39,904 nucleotides of DNA. It comes from Methanobacteriota archaeon. GTDB lineage: Archaea; Thermoplasmatota; Poseidoniia; Poseidoniales; Poseidoniaceae. The stretch lies in contig JABIGM010000016.1 in assembly GCA_018650165.1 (NCBI GenBank), forward strand, positions 1-39,904, read 5' to 3'. Positions 26,620 to 35,246 of the stretch are shown here, piece by piece. The number at the start of each line of letters is the position of its first letter. The first letter of the stretch is position 1. The notes beneath the pieces were generated by a model that made no database searches, was not told where the DNA came from, and saw only the letters and a program-made list of their open reading frames with translations. The position numbers were made by a program, and so were the translations under genes.

Positions 26620-27456
26620 ATGGGAGATAGACTCGATGTACCTCTGCCCAAATCAAATTACCAACTAGACATTGTCTTAGTGGGAATCACCCACCCTGGT
26701 AATTTGGGTGCGGTTTGCCGTGCAATGCTCAACCATGGTTTTACGCGACTATCCTTGGTCAACCCACAATGTGCTGTCGATGATGAAGAAGCACGTAACC
26801 GTGCTAAACATTCGGGTCATATCCTTCAAAATGCCAAGGTGTTTTCATCATTAAGTGATGCAATTTCAAACGCATCACTGGTTGTTGGTACAAGCGGGAA
26901 AAGAGAAATTGGTTCGAAAGTACTCAAACGTCATTTTGTTTTGCCTTGGGAATTTGCTGAACGCATAAGAACTCTGGAAGGTAATGTTGCTTTGGTATTT
27001 GGTGAAGAGGGCATGGGACTTTCAACTGACGAATTGGAGATGTGTGATATTTTGTTAACGCTTCCCACATGGGAGGGTTACCCGATAGCAAATCTTTCAC
27101 AGGCTGTTGGCCATTGTGTATACGAGTTACACCGAGACAGAATTCTTCATGGAACTTCCATAATTGGCGTTGAAAAGAAACGTGCGATGACACCAAAAAT
27201 CCGTCAGATTTTGAAGCAAGCAATAAATGAGTTTGCTCATTCCCTAGACAGCGAAAAAAAGGAATTAATTGGTGATGTTTACGACCGTGTGGTCATGAGA
27301 GGTCTTCCTATTGATTCTGAGGCCGAGAGGATGATTGGATCTCTGGTGCAAGCAACTACTGCATTACAAAAAGTCAATGGTGATGATGATTGGATGCGCA
27401 AAAGGAGAAAGCGAGTTACTCCTTCCAACAAGCCCACGACTTCGGAGTCTCCCTAA
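26620..27456 (+). CDS. trmJ: TrmJ/LasT-family SPOUT RNA methyltransferase
   Basis: IVLV.ITHPGNLGAVCRAM.NHG, VVGTSG, ALVFGEEGMGLSTDEL..CD, ANLSQAV. Confidence 0.93.
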   Translation: MGDRLDVPLPKSNYQLDIVLVGITHPGNLGAVCRAMLNHGFTRLSLVNPQCAVDDEEARNRAKHSGHILQNAKVFSSLSDAISNASLVVGTSGKREIGSKVLKRHFVLPWEFAERIRTLEGNVALVFGEEGMGLSTDELEMCDILLTLPTWEGYPIANLSQAVGHCVYELHRDRILHGTSIIGVEKKRAMTPKIRQILKQAINEFAHSLDSEKKELIGDVYDRVVMRGLPIDSEAERMIGSLVQATTALQKVNGDDDWMRKRRKRVTPSNKPTTSESP

Positions 27457-27865
27457 CATGCATTGCAGTTAGGCGCAATTTGTTACCATATGCTGTTTTT
27501 ATGTGCGGGGAAACTTGCTCAAAGGCCCACTTTGCCAGATTTTCAGCAGTTGGGATAAAGGGTACTTTTACGATTCTATGTCCTGGGGGGAGTAATTTGA
27601 ACATTTCAAGTAGGACTTCATCTTTATCATAAACCACAAAGGCATGGTCAATGATGTCATGGATATATTCATTTAGAATTTGAGAAACATCTGAGAAATC
27701 AATAAGCATACCTTGCTCTGAAACACCTTCGACATCTACGACATCACCTTCAATTTCAGCTTCAAAGCGGTAACGATGTCCATGCATATGTCTGCATTTA
27801 GATTTATGATTTGGAACACGGTGTCCAGTATCAGTTTCTACGTATCTTCGGATTATTGTAACCAT
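27416..27865 (-). CDS. queD: 6-carboxy-5,6,7,8-tetrahydropterin synthase
   Basis: GHRVPNHKSKCRHMHGHRY, GMLIDFSD, DHAF, PTAENLA, VRETPKSWA. Confidence 0.95.
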   Translation of the reverse strand: MVTIIRRYVETDTGHRVPNHKSKCRHMHGHRYRFEAEIEGDVVDVEGVSEQGMLIDFSDVSQILNEYIHDIIDHAFVVYDKDEVLLEMFKLLPPGHRIVKVPFIPTAENLAKWAFEQVSPHIKTAYGNKLRLTAMHVRETPKSWACWKE

Positions 27866-27866
27866 T

Positions 27867-28955
27867 TTATTCACCTTCAAATTCTAGACAGATTGAATTT
27901 ATACAGTATCTAGGCCCTGTACTTTCATGGAATAAGTGTCCTAAATGTGAATCACAATGAGAACACCGGACTTCGATTCTAGTCATTCCAAAACTAGTGT
28001 CCTTAAGTTGCAAAATTTCTGCATCTGGAATTTCGGAACTAAATGCTGGCCAGCCACAACCTGAATCAAATTTATCGCTTGAAGAAAATAGTTTTCTTCC
28101 ACAGTCTGCGCATTTGTATTCCCCACTCTCAAAATGTTTGTCATACTCGCCCGAATATGCTCGCTCAGTACCATTTTCTTTCATTACTTGGTAGCGTAAT
28201 TGTGACTTAAGTGCGGCATTCAGGACATGTTCCCATGAAGTGACATAAGCGATAGGGTCTTTTCTTCCTATTGCATGGAAAGCGAGGATCCGTTCAACAT
28301 CGGCACCACTCGTTCCACTAGAGTTCCCGTCACTGTCGGGGTTGTAAGAGGTAATTGTGTTTGCAAAAACAGTGTCGAAGTCGAGATTATTTTTTTGACA
28401 GGCTACCAATGCATCCCGTAGGATTGATTCCTTGTCTCCATCGATATAGGGTAGATGAAATGAAACTTTCTCACTATCCCAGTTTCCAATGGCAAAGGCA
28501 TCAGAAAGTGATTCATAAAATTCGGGACGGCAGTCTGGATATATTGCGTGATCTCCCGAATGTACCCCTAGTGCGATTACAACGTCAGTTTCTTCCCTTA
28601 GAGCTACAGATAGAGCATATCCGTATACTATTGAAGCGAATATTGCATTTCGGTTAGGAACAACGGTTGCTTTCATTTGCTCTTCTTCATAGTGTCCTTG
28701 CGGAACTTCAATGTCAGGACTCGTTAGTGCGGAATGAAATAAGCCCATTGCGGACGAAATATCCACAATATGGTGCTCAACCTCTATTCCATTTTTCATC
28801 AAATACTCAATATTTGACTTTGCCCTAGCCAATTCGATATTGTGTTTTTGGCCATACTCATATGAAATACAACTAACATTGTATCCGTCTGCAAGCAAAC
28901 GAATTAGCAAGCCTGTTGAATCCATTCCACCACTAAGTGCCATCACTGCCCGCAT
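27867..28955 (-). CDS. queC: 7-cyano-7-deazaguanine synthase fused to methionine-R-sulfoxide reductase (QueC-MsrB)
   Basis: aa1-250: LSGGMDS, YGQKH, VVPNRNAIF, GVHSGDHAIYPDCRPEF. aa253-362: GTERAYSGEY, CADC, KFDSGCGWPAF, RIEVRCSHCDSHLGHLF, RYCINS. Confidence 0.93.
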   Translation of the reverse strand: MRAVMALSGGMDSTGLLIRLLADGYNVSCISYEYGQKHNIELARAKSNIEYLMKNGIEVEHHIVDISSAMGLFHSALTSPDIEVPQGHYEEEQMKATVVPNRNAIFASIVYGYALSVALREETDVVIALGVHSGDHAIYPDCRPEFYESLSDAFAIGNWDSEKVSFHLPYIDGDKESILRDALVACQKNNLDFDTVFANTITSYNPDSDGNSSGTSGADVERILAFHAIGRKDPIAYVTSWEHVLNAALKSQLRYQVMKENGTERAYSGEYDKHFESGEYKCADCGRKLFSSSDKFDSGCGWPAFSSEIPDAEILQLKDTSFGMTRIEVRCSHCDSHLGHLFHESTGPRYCINSICLEFEGE

Positions 28956-29551
28956 TAGTCAACACCCATCCATTTGTGAGTTTGTAGTGAAAGTCGCCAT
29001 CCAGTAGTAGATTTAACCAAATTTTCAACCTGGGCAAAATTGCGTCCATTTTTCTCGATCGAATCACTTTCGATATAGCAGGGTTGGATAAAATGGTGCG
29101 TGAAACCCTTCTTCAAGTCATCATACATCGAGAGGTCTTGACCGCAATAAACAACTTTCAATTCGTCACCAATACGCTGCTTGATGGACACATTAGGGTA
29201 AACTTGGTCTTTAGGAGAAACGCAAACCCAGTCAATAATTTCAGGGACGGTCATTGTACCATTTGTTTCAATCGACAAGTGTATTCCGTGCTCCTTCAGA
29301 GCCTTACCAATGGTCGTCAAATCTTGAAGACATGGCTCACCACCGGTAAATATGACCCGATTACAATTAAATTTGAGAACTTGCGAAACGATGTCCACAA
29401 GTTCCATTTCTACAAATTTCAGAAAATCAGTATCGCACCATTCACACATAAGATTACAATTTCCAAATCTAATGAATACATGCGGTGTACCTGAATGAAA
29501 TGCTTCACCCTGTACGGAATGGAAGATTTCTACTATCGGGTATGATGCCAT
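28955..29551 (-). CDS. queE: 7-carboxy-7-deazaguanine synthase (radical SAM)
   Basis: EIFHSVQGEA, FIRFGNCNLMCEWCDT (CX3CX2C), TGGEP, ETNGT, VSPK, WRLSLQTHK. Confidence 0.95.
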   Translation of the reverse strand: MASYPIVEIFHSVQGEAFHSGTPHVFIRFGNCNLMCEWCDTDFLKFVEMELVDIVSQVLKFNCNRVIFTGGEPCLQDLTTIGKALKEHGIHLSIETNGTMTVPEIIDWVCVSPKDQVYPNVSIKQRIGDELKVVYCGQDLSMYDDLKKGFTHHFIQPCYIESDSIEKNGRNFAQVENLVKSTTGWRLSLQTHKWMGVD

Positions 29552-29560
29552 AATATCGCC

Positions 29561-30136
29561 TCAGTTTGATAGTGGCCGGCTTTGGATTAATTGCATCAAT
29601 TCAGTTCTAGCTTCACTGATTCCAAAGAATGCTCCACGCATTGCACTGGTAGTCATAACTGCATTTTGCTTTGAGATACCCCTACATTGCATACAACCAT
29701 GGGCTGCTTCAATTATTACAGCCGCTCCAAGTGGGTTTAGATGCTGTTCAAGGTCATCTGCAACACCTTTGGTAATTCTCTCTTGGTTTTGTAAACGCCT
29801 TGCATGTAATTCAACAATTCGCGCTAATTTGCTAATCCCAACAATTCTGTCTGTTGGAATGTATGCCACATGTGCCCTTCCACGGAACGGCTGCAAGTGA
29901 TGTTCACATGTCGAATGGAATTCAATATCGCGCAGTAGAACAATACCATCATAGCCTTCACCATTGAAAGTTGATGAAAGAACCTCCTTTGCATCCATAT
30001 TGTATCCAGCATAAATTTCATCAAAAGAATTTACGACTCTAGTAGGCGTATCTAGCAATCCTTCTCTTCCAGTAGAGTCCTCAATATACTCTAACAGCAC
30101 CTTAACGGCATTCATTGCCTCTTCTCTAGTCGTCAT
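29561..30136 (-). CDS. folE: GTP cyclohydrolase I (FolE, type IA)
   Basis: REGLLDTPTRV, STCEHHLQPF.G.AHVAYIP, GISKLARIV, RRLQNQERIT, HGCMQCRG. Confidence 0.96.
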   Translation of the reverse strand: MTTREEAMNAVKVLLEYIEDSTGREGLLDTPTRVVNSFDEIYAGYNMDAKEVLSSTFNGEGYDGIVLLRDIEFHSTCEHHLQPFRGRAHVAYIPTDRIVGISKLARIVELHARRLQNQERITKGVADDLEQHLNPLGAAVIIEAAHGCMQCRGISKQNAVMTTSAMRGAFFGISEARTELMQLIQSRPLSN

Positions 30137-30309
30137 TCTAATTCCCCCAGGCGCCCATGGCGAGCATCAATTACATCCAATTGATCAAGCATTTTCCTGC
30201 ATGCAGTGCGAATTGCATCTGCAACCGAAACAAATTTTCCATCATCGCCGACATGCGTACGCAGATCTTCTAGCAACTGGGCAGGCATATCCAAACTAAC
30301 CTTAGGCAT
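30133..30309 (-). CDS. Ribbon-helix-helix (CopG/Arc/MetJ-like) regulator
   Basis: MPKVSLDMPAQLLEDLR...FVSVADAIRTACRKML: alternating beta-strand followed by two helices; stop overlaps the folE start. Confidence 0.8.
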   Translation of the reverse strand: MPKVSLDMPAQLLEDLRTHVGDDGKFVSVADAIRTACRKMLDQLDVIDARHGRLGELE

Positions 30310-30380
30310 GTTTAGGCGTGCAGTAATTAGCATATGAATATTCGTATGCTATTACTAGAGTATTATCTAGGGAATACTGC

Positions 30381-31598
30381 TTATGATATAGAAGCAACTA
30401 AATCTTCGCGCTTGAATTGTTTGGCAGCGTACCATGCTGCAAGCCCAGCATAGAATATGCTTGATAATAGCCAGACCAGTACATGTTCAATGATTACTCT
30501 ATCCAGCAATAACTCTCGCATTGCCAGCAGTATGTTAACCAGAGGAATGGCAAACCACCATGATTCGATTCCATCAAGATTGATTACTTGAGTAAATAAA
30601 GCGGGGAATATTATGAACAATATCGCCGGTCCTAATAACGATCCTGCCTCTTTGACACTATGCGCTTTCATTGCAATTGCAAGTTCAAAGGCCACTACCA
30701 TAATCGCAAAAATGGCAACTGCACTTATCAAAAGTAATGCACTGCTAGCAGATATAGTAGGTATTCCAATTATGGATGTAGATGCAAGGAAGGTTATAGC
30801 AAATAATAACCCACTAATTTGTAAAACTACACCAGTACTAGTTATTGTAGCAACAGCTAACCATTTGCCAGCCAGTAGTTGCATTCTTGAGCAGGGAAGG
30901 CACAGTAACGCTTCAAGAGTTCCTCGCTCTCTTTCACCAGCAGTCATGTCAATTGACGGTTGTATGGCACTTGAAGCCGTCCAAATTGCGATTACCATAG
31001 GAATGAAGAGCGACAGCACTAGTCCTGCCTGTTCACCTTTTGTTGCCGCATCAGAACTTGATACTTCACCATCCCACTTCACTGGGTCTAGAGTGCTCTC
31101 TGGATCTAGTCCGGCCTCCACTAATGTACCATTGATAACGTCACTTTCCCACGAGTATATCGCAAGTAATATCCTTGATTTTGCTTCTGTAGATGCTTCG
31201 CTAGTCGATAGATGCAATATTGCAAAATCCCACTCAGAATCATTTTGCACTAGCCTAAAAATCGCATTTGTATCCTGTTCTCTGAGTCTATCAATGTCTG
31301 TTCCTAAGTCTGAAAGGTTACTTATTTCGGTTGGTAATTGTTCATAACTAACCGCCAGTTGTGATTCATTAAAAGCCAATTGTAAATCTTCGTTGATTGC
31401 GCCTTGCCAAACAATTTCTAATTCTAAGGCATCTAATTCAGCGGCTTCTGATTCTAACAGAAGTGGCAATGCAATGAATAACGCTGGGAAAATAAGTAGA
31501 GGTATTACAATTAATGCCAGAAGAGTTCTCCAATCCCTGACAAACTCAATAATCTCTTTTTTAGCAATGGTGGTAACAAATCTCCACGAATTACTCAT
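30381..31598 (-). CDS. ABC-2 type permease, NatB-like
   Basis: AKKEIIEFVRDWRTL, AGERERGTLEALLCLP, GKWLA, KAHSVKEA, FAIPLVN. Confidence 0.88.
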   Translation of the reverse strand: MSNSWRFVTTIAKKEIIEFVRDWRTLLALIVIPLLIFPALFIALPLLLESEAAELDALELEIVWQGAINEDLQLAFNESQLAVSYEQLPTEISNLSDLGTDIDRLREQDTNAIFRLVQNDSEWDFAILHLSTSEASTEAKSRILLAIYSWESDVINGTLVEAGLDPESTLDPVKWDGEVSSSDAATKGEQAGLVLSLFIPMVIAIWTASSAIQPSIDMTAGERERGTLEALLCLPCSRMQLLAGKWLAVATITSTGVVLQISGLLFAITFLASTSIIGIPTISASSALLLISAVAIFAIMVVAFELAIAMKAHSVKEAGSLLGPAILFIIFPALFTQVINLDGIESWWFAIPLVNILLAMRELLLDRVIIEHVLVWLLSSIFYAGLAAWYAAKQFKREDLVASIS

Positions 31599-32418
31599 CT
31601 TCTGACACCTCACGTAACTCTGGGGTTCTGCCCGTCAAGAATCGTCGCCACCATTTGGAAATCTTTCCTTCCTTTTCATTGTCTTCGTTGCGCAATCTAG
31701 CTTTATCGGATGTAAGTGATACATACGCATCCTCAAGTGAACTCTCACCAGTTAGCTCAAGCAGAACTGATGGTGAACCATCTGCTCGAATTGTACCATT
31801 ATGCACGATAATTATGCGATCACACACTTGTTGAGCCTCTGCTAAATGGTGTGTACTGTAAATCACAGTCCCCCCCTCATCCCTTAGTTGTCCAACCAAG
31901 GTTCTTACAGTTCGAGCACTAGTAACATCAAGTCCAGCAGTAGGTTCGTCTAGTAACAAAATATCAGGCCCATGTGCTAGTGCGCGAAGTAAAGCGGTTT
32001 TTTGTCGCATACCACGGCTGAAACCTTTGGTGTGGCGTGAGAGTGAATCGGTAATGTCAAGTCGTTCTGCAAAATGTGAGACACGGTCCCATGCAACATC
32101 ATCAGAAATACCATACATTCGAGAATGATATCGAATGTTTTCCCAAGCAGTTAGTCTTGAATAAAGGCCAGTTGACTCGGGTACAACGCCTAATTTTTTA
32201 CGCATTGTAGAGACCTGCTTGTCTCCAAATAAGATTGTTCCACTAGACGGCTCCATCACTCCAGCCATCAACCGCAATAGAGTTGTTTTGCCTGCTCCGT
32301 TGCCACCAACAAGACCGATTACTTGCCCAGGATTTATCTCTAAATCTACACGGGTAAGAGCATCAACTTCTCCAAAACTTTTCGCGACTCCATCGAGTGT
32401 CAGAAGCGGTCCGCTCAT
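31591..32418 (-). CDS. ABC transporter ATP-binding subunit, NatA-like
   Basis: GGNGAGKTT (Walker A), FSRGMRQK, LLLDEPTAGLD, YSTH. Confidence 0.93.
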   Translation of the reverse strand: MSGPLLTLDGVAKSFGEVDALTRVDLEINPGQVIGLVGGNGAGKTTLLRLMAGVMEPSSGTILFGDKQVSTMRKKLGVVPESTGLYSRLTAWENIRYHSRMYGISDDVAWDRVSHFAERLDITDSLSRHTKGFSRGMRQKTALLRALAHGPDILLLDEPTAGLDVTSARTVRTLVGQLRDEGGTVIYSTHHLAEAQQVCDRIIIVHNGTIRADGSPSVLLELTGESSLEDAYVSLTSDKARLRNEDNEKEGKISKWWRRFLTGRTPELREVSEDE

Positions 32419-32427
32419 GACACTCTG

Positions 32428-32730
32428 TCATCGTCCTGATTCAACAGCATTGTCCAAGCCTGGATGCTTTTGTTCAAGTCTTTCAGCTCTATCTATTTGC
32501 TGTCGTAGTAGCAAGTGGATTTCCTTTTGTGGAACTCCCATATCGATATGATTGGCAATCATTCCCAGTGCCCCTTGTATTACTCCTGCGTCGAGATATG
32601 CATCATTCGAAATGATGTTGTCGTGTCGACACTGCTCAAGCCTGGCCGCTATGAAGGTATATTCATCATGGGCCATTGGGCCAGTCAACATGGGCTGTGC
32701 TAGTAATCGGTCTAGACAGGTTCGCATCAT
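32428..32730 (-). CDS. Hypothetical protein (start uncertain)
   Basis: ORF between mce and the ABC genes with a helical, protein-like composition. Confidence 0.65.
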   Translation of the reverse strand: MMRTCLDRLLAQPMLTGPMAHDEYTFIAARLEQCRHDNIISNDAYLDAGVIQGALGMIANHIDMGVPQKEIHLLLRQQIDRAERLEQKHPGLDNAVESGR

Positions 32731-32771
32731 TTCATGTAACCCGAAGTTACCTATCAGTGCTTTGTATTCAA

Positions 32772-33182
32772 TTATCGTTGAGTGAGTTCAACGAGAACCC
32801 CACCTGTACTTTTTGGGTGAACGAATGCTATTAGTGAATTATTTGCTCCAGTTCTTGGCTCTGTATCAATCATTTGTATTCCATTGGTTACGAGATACTG
32901 AATCATTGCATCCAAGTTTTCTACTCTGAAACATACTTGCTGAACACCTGGGCCACGTTTTGACAAGAATTTCCCAATAGGTGTATCTTCTGCTATTGGT
33001 TCAAGAAGTTCAACCATAGGGGTATGTGAATCATCTTCGCTTGTAGCAAAAAACCGTGTCGTTACACCCTGCTCAGCAACGATTTCATCTTCACCTTCAT
33101 GTAGACCAATCAATCTCCAGAAATGTGATGCATTCTCTAGAGAATTACACGCAATACCAATATGGTCAAGATATATTTTCAT
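32772..33182 (-). CDS. mce: Methylmalonyl-CoA epimerase
   Basis: LDHIGIA, VELLEP, IGKFLSKRGPGVQQVCF.V, AFVHPKSTGGVLVEL. Confidence 0.95.
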   Translation of the reverse strand: MKIYLDHIGIACNSLENASHFWRLIGLHEGEDEIVAEQGVTTRFFATSEDDSHTPMVELLEPIAEDTPIGKFLSKRGPGVQQVCFRVENLDAMIQYLVTNGIQMIDTEPRTGANNSLIAFVHPKSTGGVLVELTQR

Positions 33183-33190
33183 TTTTTCAC

Positions 33191-34753
33191 CTAAAACCCA
33201 CTGGGTGCCATCCATGTTCCAAAAACATCTTTCATTGCTGAAACAATTTCGCCGAGGGTACAATCTTGCTTCAGTGCAGCAATAACGAGTGGGAATAAAT
33301 TTGAATCACCAGCAGCGCCTTCTCTAATATTTTGTAATGCTAGTTCTACTGATTCAGAATCACGTGCACTCCTAAGTGCACTCAATTTCTTACGCTGCCT
33401 TGAGCCTAATTCAGAATCTGGTTTCAGAACGGGTGGCATCTTTTCTTCTTCTAGAACGCCATGGTTAACACCAACAATTTTTCTATCCCCAGATTCGACT
33501 TGCATTAAATGATTCCAAGCAGCTTCATGGATTTCACGTTGCTGGAATCCTGCTTCGATAGCTTTCAGTGCGCCACCCATCTCTTCAATCTCAGTAATCT
33601 TAGCCCTAGCGGCATCATAGATCTCTGTTGTTAGCATTTCGACAAGATGCGAGCCCCCAAGTGGGTCGACAACGCTAGCAGCCCCGCTCTCTTCTGCAAT
33701 AATTTGTTGTGTTCTTAATGCGACTGTCGCACTTTCTTCAGTTGGCAATCCAAGTGCTTCGTCATATGAATTAGTGTGGAGACTTTGCGTACCTCCACAT
33801 ACTGCGGCTAGAGCTTGAATCGTAACTCTTGAAATATTATTCAATGGTTGTTGTGCAGTTAATGAAACACCAGCAACCTGGGTATGGAATCTAAGCATCG
33901 CACTCTTAGGATTTTTTGGTGAGTATCTTTCAGTAATCAAATCATACCAAAGTTTTCTTGCGGCTCTAAATTTACTTGCCTCTTCAAAAAAGTCATTATG
34001 GCAATTAAAGAAAAACGATATTCTTGGGCCAAATGTATCGATGTCCAATCCTTTTTTGATGGCTGCTTCCACATATGCAAGGGCATTTGCAATAGTGAAT
34101 GCCACTTCCTGTACTGCTGTGGAACCAGCCTCACGGATATGATATCCTGAAATGGAAATCGTATTCCATGCCGGAATTTCAGTAGCGCAATGCTCGAAAA
34201 TATCTGTTATCAATCTCATTGAAGATTCGGGGGGGAATATATGTGTCCCACGGGCGATATACTCTTTCAAAATATCATTTTGGATAGTACCTCGGACCTG
34301 TGATTGACTAACACCATTTTCCTCTGCAACTGCCACATACATGGCGAGCAAAATCATTGCAGGTGCATTTATGGTCATTGATGTTGAAACCTTGTCTAGT
34401 GGTATTTCGGAAAGTAGAATGCGCATATCGTCAAGACATGATATTGAAACTCCGACTCTGCCAACTTCGCCTTCACTCATTTCATCATCCGCATCGAGGC
34501 CTAATTGAGTTGGTAAGTCAAAAGCAACCGACAATCCTTTCTGCCCTCTTTCGAGAAGAAGTTTGAATCGTTCATTGGTAGCCTCAGCACTACTAAATCC
34601 TGCATATTGACGCATTGTCCACAATCGTGAACGATACATTGTATCATGAATTCCACGGGTGTAAGGAGGTTTGCCTGATTCATCAGGACCTGCTATTTTG
34701 GGAACCTCGATTCCACCGAGTGTCCGCCAGTCATTCCTCCGCTGGCCTTCCAT
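33191..34753 (-). CDS. Methylmalonyl-CoA mutase, large (substrate-binding) subunit
   Basis: PYTRGIH, WTMRQYAGF (Tyr as in MCM), GLSVAFDLPT, SMTINAPA, GTIQNDILKEYIARG, SISGYHIREAG, SLHTNSYDEA; no B12-binding domain. Confidence 0.96.
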   Translation of the reverse strand: MEGQRRNDWRTLGGIEVPKIAGPDESGKPPYTRGIHDTMYRSRLWTMRQYAGFSSAEATNERFKLLLERGQKGLSVAFDLPTQLGLDADDEMSEGEVGRVGVSISCLDDMRILLSEIPLDKVSTSMTINAPAMILLAMYVAVAEENGVSQSQVRGTIQNDILKEYIARGTHIFPPESSMRLITDIFEHCATEIPAWNTISISGYHIREAGSTAVQEVAFTIANALAYVEAAIKKGLDIDTFGPRISFFFNCHNDFFEEASKFRAARKLWYDLITERYSPKNPKSAMLRFHTQVAGVSLTAQQPLNNISRVTIQALAAVCGGTQSLHTNSYDEALGLPTEESATVALRTQQIIAEESGAASVVDPLGGSHLVEMLTTEIYDAARAKITEIEEMGGALKAIEAGFQQREIHEAAWNHLMQVESGDRKIVGVNHGVLEEEKMPPVLKPDSELGSRQRKKLSALRSARDSESVELALQNIREGAAGDSNLFPLVIAALKQDCTLGEIVSAMKDVFGTWMAPSGF

Positions 34754-34767
34754 CTATGTAGTCTCCA

Positions 34768-35241
34768 TCAGTGGTGATGCCCGCCGGGTCCATGAGCATG
34801 TCCATGGGTGATTTCTTCTTCTGAAGCATCCCTCATCTCAACAATTTCAACATTGAATGTTAATGACTTACCAGCTAATGCATGATTAAAATCTACAGTT
34901 ACATTTTCATCTTCTACAATAGTAACTCTGAATGGTCCCATGTCACTTTCTAGAGTCATTCCGACTTCTGGAGTGATTTCTCCAAACATTTCTTTAGGAA
35001 CTTGCTGGATCGCATCGGGGTTATATTCACCATATGCGTCATCAGAAGTTAAGGTAAATTCTACTTTATCTCCAACTTTAGAACCCATTAATTCTCTTTC
35101 GAATCCCGGTATCATCTGCTTGTGACCCACAAGGAAGGTTAGAGGATCTCTACCTTCACTAGAATCGAAAATTTCTCCACTATCTGGTAGAGTACCAGTA
35201 TAGTGTACGCTCACTACTTTGTTATCTTCAATTGTTGACAT
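34768..35241 (-). CDS. slyD: FKBP-type PPIase, SlyD-like
   Basis: VSVHYTG, FDSS.GRDPL.FLVG..QMIPGFE, VDFNHALAGK.L.F.VEI; His-rich tail. Confidence 0.95.
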   Translation of the reverse strand: MSTIEDNKVVSVHYTGTLPDSGEIFDSSEGRDPLTFLVGHKQMIPGFERELMGSKVGDKVEFTLTSDDAYGEYNPDAIQQVPKEMFGEITPEVGMTLESDMGPFRVTIVEDENVTVDFNHALAGKSLTFNVEIVEMRDASEEEITHGHAHGPGGHHH

Positions 35242-35246
35242 CTTAA

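Noticed and set aside
27416-30136. que genes as a Dpd/Qat-type DNA-modification defence island
   Set aside because: No dpdA, qatA/B/D or nuclease; housekeeping context and no mobility signs.
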